Assembly (NCBI GenBank): GCA_964019335.1
Contig: OZ025669.1
Span: forward strand, 248,001-312,000
DNA length: 64,000 nucleotides
Direction of reading: 5' to 3'
Origin: Diplonema japonicum
Taxonomy: Eukaryota; Protista; Euglenozoa: Diplonemea
Numbering within the stretch: position 1 is the stretch's first letter; each line of letters starts with the position of its first letter. Positions 57,712 to 64,000 of the stretch are shown piece after piece. The notes beneath the pieces are model-generated. The model was not told the origin of the DNA. It made no database searches and saw only the letters and a program-made list of their open reading frames with translations. Made by a program: the position numbers and the translations under genes.

Positions 57712-58156
57712 GTGCACCCCTTTTTTGTTTTTTTTTTCATTTTTTACTTTAGTTCGTACTTTATAAAAAAAAACCCCCCCCAAAAAAAAGTGCTGAAGTA
57801 ATGTAAAATTTCTGTCGGAGACACCGGTTCAGAATGCAGGGCAGGAAGGAAAGGGAAAAAAAAAAAAAAAAAAAAGGAAAAAAAAAGAGGAGGGAAGACG
57901 GGGGTGTGTCAGGGAAGAAAGGGGGTCCTTTTAAGTTAATTGACAGTTTGAGTAGATAAAAGAAAAAGCTTTTTTCATTTAGATTCTTTTTCCTCCCCAC
58001 TTTGCGCAAATAGATACCGTTTAAAAAACAAGATAAGGAAACGGCTGGCGAAGTGAAAAGAAGAGAAAAGGAAGGAAGCAAGAAATAAAAAAAAGTAGGA
58101 GGGGGGGGGGGAAGAAAAAGGCTCGTAATTTGCATTTCTTTTTAACGAAATCCCAA

Positions 58157-58213
<57 letters not shown>

Positions 58214-58357
58214 CTTTTCTATGAATTTAATGCAGATAAGCTCGACGGGACTACTTTTTTTCTCTTTTTTTTTTTTTAATTTCTCCCATGGATCAACAAA
58301 ATTATTTAGAGCTGGCAATCCTAACTGTTCGTTACGGAGAAGAAAAGAACAAAAAAA

Positions 58358-58404
58358 GATGTCTTTGAAGGGAACCTGCAGTATGTGACAGGATCGCCTA
58401 ACGA
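58358..58404. repeat. Short dispersed repeat (aaggg.acctgcagtatgtg.ca family)
   Basis: Related to 61446-61486 and partly to 15130-15169; follows an A-run. Confidence 0.6.
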
Positions 58405-60729
58405 CAATCAAAAAAAAGAACAAAAATATCTAACTTTATTGAAAGTGGGCAGATTGCGCTCGCCCGTCGTTGAAGAGGGATTTTTCGGAGAACAAAATAA
58501 AATAAAAAAAATATGCGTTAAACCTACTTGGGTGGTACTCTGGAAAAGAAAAAAGAAAAAAAAAAAAAAAACTGCCCCCCCCCAGTTACTAAAAATCCAA
58601 CCCTCGAAAATAAAGTTGCCACTTACATGAAGCTTATTTCAACCAAAATAAAAAAAAAAAATGTGAAATCTAAAAAACGAGTAGCAAAATATCGAGTGGG
58701 AGGAAAAGAACAAAAAAAAAGGGGGGGGAAGTCACAAAACTATTCATTTTCCTTTTTTTTTTTTTTTTTGCTTGCAAATAGCACCAGCCTTAACCACGAA
58801 CGGTGGCGATTGGTACCATTGATTTTGTATTTTTTTTTTCTTGATTCATTAAAACCTACACTACCCTGAGGGGGTAAAAAAAAAGGGGGGGGGAGGGGAG
58901 GAACCGACCCCTTTTTTTTGCAGAATTCTTTGCTGTGCCCGGTGGGAACCTAACACCCCCTACTATCTACTGTGTTGTTTTTTTTTTTTTTTTTTTTTTT
59001 TTTATATAGGGTTGAGCGTTAAAAAAAAGGCAGAATGGGACTAGTGAGGTTCCCTTCAGTTATCTCCCCCCCCCCCCCCCCTGTGTAATATTAATAAAAG
59101 CTCGGTGGAGGTTGTTGCTTTATCTCTGTTTCTCGGAGCAAAAAAAAAAAAAAAAAAAAAAAGCAAGATTGCGGCGAACGACCAAAAAAAAAACCCCCCC
59201 CAAGAAAAAAAAAAAGAAATACTGAATATCTTCAGAACAATATGCATTGCTTATCTAAAATTCAGCGGTGAAGGGGAGGGGAGTGTCTGGATAAAAAGGG
59301 CTTCTTAAACACATAGGGGGTGCAATAAGATTCCCCCCCCCCTTTTTTTTTAAAAAGAGGGTAGGTTTTTATTATTTACTTTGATTGTGAAAAGATAAGC
59401 GCAATACAAAAGGTTTTTTACCACAGCTGCAACAAATTCATTTTGGCAAAATTATTAATTCTTTTTTTTTTTTTTTCCCCTTTTGAAAGCCGGTTGTGAA
59501 TTAAAAAAAAGAGGGGGTAGGATCGAAAAATGGGACTTCATGTACAAAATAAACAGCTGGAGAACAAATTAAAAAAAAAAAACAATGTCCCTTTTTCTTT
59601 TTTCTACTTCATTATTTATTTTTCAAAGCACGAATTAAAAGAGGGAGAATAAAATCGGTGAGGGGGGGGGGGGGGGGGGGAATAGAGGGAAGGATGTTTT
59701 TTTTTCTTTTCTTTTTTTTTTTCCCTGTTATGATTCCGGAACGCAGCGTCTTAGATAGGTGTCTTTTTGGGTCCCCCCTTTTTTTTTCTGTTTTCCCTTG
59801 CCCATGGGATTTGACAAAGGTTAAAAGAAAAAAAAAAAAAGAGAGAGACATTTGAAAGAAATAAATACGTTGGACAACGAGATTTCCTACTGGCACTCCG
59901 TTGCCATCCGTGTTTTATTTTTCTTTTTTTTGTGCCCTTTTATGCTTACTTTGTGGTTTTACTTTCCTAAGGCACCTTCAGGGGGGACAACTTCTTAAAA
60001 CCCTAACTAGCGGAAACTGACGGCTTCTTAAAGCAAATAGAAAAAAAAAGAAAGAAAAATATCGCCCTTCCACCCCCCCCCCCCCCCCCCCCCCCGGTCA
60101 ATAGTTCTTTTTTTCATCCTTTTCTTCTCTCTTTAAGATGGAAGCAAGAAATTTGAAAGAAGAACTTAGCAGAGGGGTGGGGGGGGGGGAAGAAGAAAAA
60201 AAGAGAAAGAAAAAGTTATCCCTCTTCTTCTTCTTCTTCTTCTCCCCCCCCCCCTTTTTTTTGCCGTTTAAAATGTTAAAAAAGAAGTGAAATAGAAGGC
60301 TTTGAGAATAAAAAAAGAAAAACAGGTGTAATTATGGTAATGTAAGACGGAAAAAAAAAGGGGGGGGGGATTGCTTGCTTGCTATCAAAGGTATAGAATT
60401 CAAAAAAAAGGGGGGGGAGTGACGGATGTCGAGACGGAAAGGGAGGAGAAAAAAAAATGCAAATTGCGGTTCGTGTTAAAAAATGTTTTTTTTTTTCTTT
60501 CTTAAATCGGAATGTTTAGTGTTTAATGTGACGGGAAAGCTACGACGAACTTGTCATTTCCCCCTTTTTTTTTCTTCTTTTTTTTTTTCTTCTTTGTTTG
60601 CGAAGGACTGGCTGTAGGAAATATATCAATATATTTATTTTTATATGTGTGACGCCAACTTTAAAAAAAAAGATTTTTTTTTTTGGCTCTATTTTCTTTT
60701 TTTTTTCTCTTTTTTTTTAAATTGTTCGA

Positions 60730-60763
<34 letters not shown>

Positions 60764-60974
60764 AAAAAGGAATGGGGGAAAGAAAACGACAAACCACTCA
60801 ATACCGTAGGTAGGAAGGGAAGGGGGAAAAAAAAGCCAGTAACAGGTGCAGCAGAAGTAAAGCTCAAGCGGTGGAATGGCACTCTTACTGTTGGGCATAA
60901 TTGTGGCCCTACCCTTTCCCTCCCTTTGTTTTTTCACAACAATAAATTTGGCGTACTCGTAGTAATGTAGACAG

Positions 60975-61009
<35 letters not shown>

Positions 61010-61445
61010 AGAAGAATAAGAAGAACAAGAAGCAAGCAAGGATCAACAAAAGGGAGGGGGAGGGATGAAAAACATAAATATAGATCCCTTGCTCTGGCGA
61101 AGGGGTGAGTTTTTTTTTTTTTTTTTATAGGAGCCCCCCCACTCCCTCTTTTTTTCTTCTTTTTTTTCTGCGCAACAAGAGAGGGGAAAAAAAAGAAAGA
61201 AGAAAGGCATTTTTTTTTCTTCTTCTTTTGTATTTTTCGTTACACCAATGCTCTTTATTTTTTGATAACAAATGTGTTATGTTTTTCATCAAAAGTTGGG
61301 GGGGGGGGGGGGGTGGAGGGAAAATGAAAGAGAAAATCTCTCCAGAGGTTATTTGCCAGAAAAGCTGGTGCAAACCATAAGCAAGGCGGAGGAGGAGGCG
61401 AAGGAGGAGAGGAAAGGAATACTGAAGGAAAGAAGAAAAAAAAAA

Positions 61446-61486
61446 GAGACATTTAAGGGTACCTGCAGTATGTGGCAAGACGCCTG
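61446..61486. repeat. Short dispersed repeat (same family as 58358)
   Basis: aagggtacctgcagtatgtggcaagacgcct between A-runs. Confidence 0.6.
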
Positions 61487-61967
61487 AAAAAAAAAAAAAA
61501 ACAGCTAAATAGAAAAGTGGGAGAAAGGGCTTTAAATTTGTGACCTATGTACAATTCTTCTTAATCGTTAGGAGAGTCATAAGAGGGTAAAATAGGCTCT
61601 TTTTTTTTTTTTTTTTGCCCTCCTCCCTTTTCCATAAATTTCATCTTCACATAAACTAACAAATAGTAGCAGATGTTTAAAGGAGAACAAAAAAAGAAGG
61701 AAAGAAAACAAGAAAAATAAAACAAGTCTTTTTTTTTTTTAAAAGAAAGAGGCGGTGTGAGAAAACATGAAATCTTTTCTCCAAAAAAAAAAAAAAAAAA
61801 AAAATGGGGCTCCAAAAAAAAAAGAGAAAAAAAAAAAACTCTCTCAAACTCTCTCTTTCTTTAAATATATATAATATATTTTTTTTCCCCGGAAACTTCA
61901 AAAAAAAAAAAAAAAAAAAAAGTGATGATAAAAAAATTAATGTCTATGATGGGGGTGGGGATATTTC

Positions 61968-61995
<28 letters not shown>

Positions 61996-61998
<3 letters not shown>

Positions 61999-62724
61999 TT
62001 GCTTTTTTTTCCCATCTTTTTTTGCCGTTTTGCCGTCTTTAATTTTTTCAACAAACGCGGCTTGCGGCATGTTCTTCTTGTTCATCTCAATCGAAAAGCG
62101 AACAGTGTCTTTTGGGTGCAGGCCGGACGCATGGTTCTTGTGAATAAATACGTCCCGCTTATGTTCTTCATAAAGCTGAGGACACCTAATGAACCCGAAA
62201 CCGGTAGAGGTGTTAAACGACTTCACCGTTCCAGTATACCTAGTGGTATCCAAGGAGCTTTTTAAAGGAACAACAGGGGGTTCCAGCTCTGCCACAGGAG
62301 CAGCGTCAGCAGGAGGAGAATAAGGATATAAAGGGACTTGAGTCACCCCCTCTGATGGGTACTGAGGAATCACAGGCGGGGCTTGAAGAACAGGAGGTTC
62401 AAATGACAGTGTCGTTTGTGCGAAATTGCGTGATTCCCTCACCTCTTCTACATTGTTGCATGCTCTGTTGTTGACGTGCGAGATCCTCCAACCTATATAT
62501 TTTTCGATGCCGTACTGTTGAGCGAGACCCCCAGGCTGGACCCCTGTAACCAGCATATTATCGCTTACCTCCAGCCCTAGCAACACTGGTATTGTCCGTG
62601 AAATGGTAACGCTCACGGTCGGTACTGCCTGAGAAGGCTGCTGAGCCTGTTGCTGACCCCACATAGGAATGCTAGTCGCAACATGGCTCTGATTGGATTG
62701 CTGCTGCCCGTACGATTGTTGCAT
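61996..62724 (-). CDS. PDZ-like plus cold-shock domain protein
   Basis: LGLEVSDNMLVTGVQPGGLA..YGI...IGWRISHVN; CSD GTVKSFNTSTGFGFI...DVFIH. Confidence 0.88.
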
Positions 62725-62754
62725 TTTCTTTTTTTTTTCTTTGGTGTGCCCGTC

Positions 62755-62785
<31 letters not shown>

Positions 62786-63654
62786 GGAGGAAAAAAAAAA
62801 GAAAAAGAAAAAAAAAAAAAAAACCGATAATTTTACAATGTGTGTTGGGAGGGTTTGGGGAGTGAGGAGGAGAGACAGGAACAAATCTTTTTTTTTTTTC
62901 TTTTTAAACCTACACCACCAAGGTCATTAAAGTGTATTTCTAAGTACCTGTGCCCTGCCAACGGGGGGGGGGGGGGGGGGGGGGGAATTGTAAATAGAGC
63001 CCCACGGAAGTACTGTGTTCAGGACTGCATTTTCCCCCTCTCTCAAGCGATGGAAGCAGCTGTTCTCATTGAGGGTACCCCTGCAGAGGCGTGCACACTT
63101 TATTCGGTGAAGTACTTCTTGTTTCGACTATTTCAAAAAAGAAAAAAAAACATTTCCATTTCCCTTTTCTATTATACCTGATAACCAAGAATACAGGAAA
63201 GGATGGGGGGGAAGGTGGGCACTCACAATATTTTTTAAAAAAAAAGAAACAAGAATGTTTCCCCCTCCCCATTCTTCTTTTTTCTTTTTTTTTTTTCCCT
63301 TTTTGCAGACTTATTTTTTTTTTCTTTTTTCTTTTTCCATATTCGTTCTTCTGATGTGCCCATGTTAGGACAGGTTGGGGGCTCCATTAAAAACAAGCAA
63401 AAAAAAAAAGAAAAGAAATGGAGGGAAGAAGCGATTGCCACTTTTAAACCCTTAGATATTTTTTTTTTTTTTTTTTTAAAACCCTTTCCGGTACCCCATT
63501 CAAAATTATCAACTCTTCGATGAAGAAATATGAGTCTTAACATACGTTTGAGGGTGGTGGGGGTGGTGGCGGCGGCGGTGGGGGGGAAGAACAGAAAAAG
63601 TCTGGTAACGTGTGCTCAACATAAAGAAAAAGAAAAAATTAATCTTATCTAAAT

Positions 63655-63696
<42 letters not shown>

Positions 63697-64000
63697 CCTC
63701 CCTCCTTTTTTTTTTTTGCAGGGGAAGGTGAAGTGCCGGTGGGCGGTGGTGAAAAACAAATGAACTTTTTGAAGAAATCCAGGAGGGGGCTTTGTTGGTA
63801 ACATAAATAGCTTTAATATTCTTGTTGATTGCACAGATTGATTGGGGGGAGGGGGGGGGGGGGGGGGGGGTACAATGGAGAAAAAAAGGCGATGTTTAAG
63901 GGCAAATCCCACGTGAGGACCACCCTTAGGGGGGACAGGGGTCTATCAAACAACAAAGACAGCACTAGCAAAGGCAAAGGGGAGGGGGGAATATAATTCT

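Noticed and set aside
56249-63912. Numerous Phe-, Lys- or Gly-rich short ORFs in spacers
   Set aside because: These are translations of homopolymer runs.

Overview
This is a eukaryotic nuclear window, most likely from a diplonemid-type euglenozoan. Three lines of evidence point there: a euglenozoan-type 18S rRNA fragment, about 22 host genes all on the minus strand with spacers as short as ~40-130 nt (polycistron-like), and short GT-AG introns that mostly start GTATG. Splicing by hand changes the ORF track substantially. It recovers transketolase, which the track misses. It joins five ORF pieces into one ~1668-aa protein fusing a kinesin-3 motor to an inactive-looking inositol 5-phosphatase, and it extends a Sec12-like WD40 protein into a PDZ-containing multipass membrane protein. 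Other genes are an RLPH-type phosphatase, ArfGAP, a METTL21-like methyltransferase, three tandem intronless myxobacterial-type lipoxygenases, a receptor cyclase-like protein, PIF1, seipin, a D/D-domain nicotinamidase lacking its catalytic Cys, UBA1, a Ulp1 protease, a WD40 protein, a TerD/EF-hand protein, a PDZ/cold-shock protein and several coiled-coil proteins. Mobile DNA includes two Mutator derivatives, a hAT derivative, a piggyBac relic with an ATAA target duplication, and many 5'-truncated non-LTR remnants whose 3' ends abut sense-strand T-tracts instead of carrying poly(A). The most unusual signals are an obligatory UBA1 intron that is essentially GTGC-(A)51-G, the T-tract-anchored retroelements, the kinesin/pseudophosphatase fusion and the lipoxygenase array. 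All family assignments come from motif recognition and recall; no database search was run.
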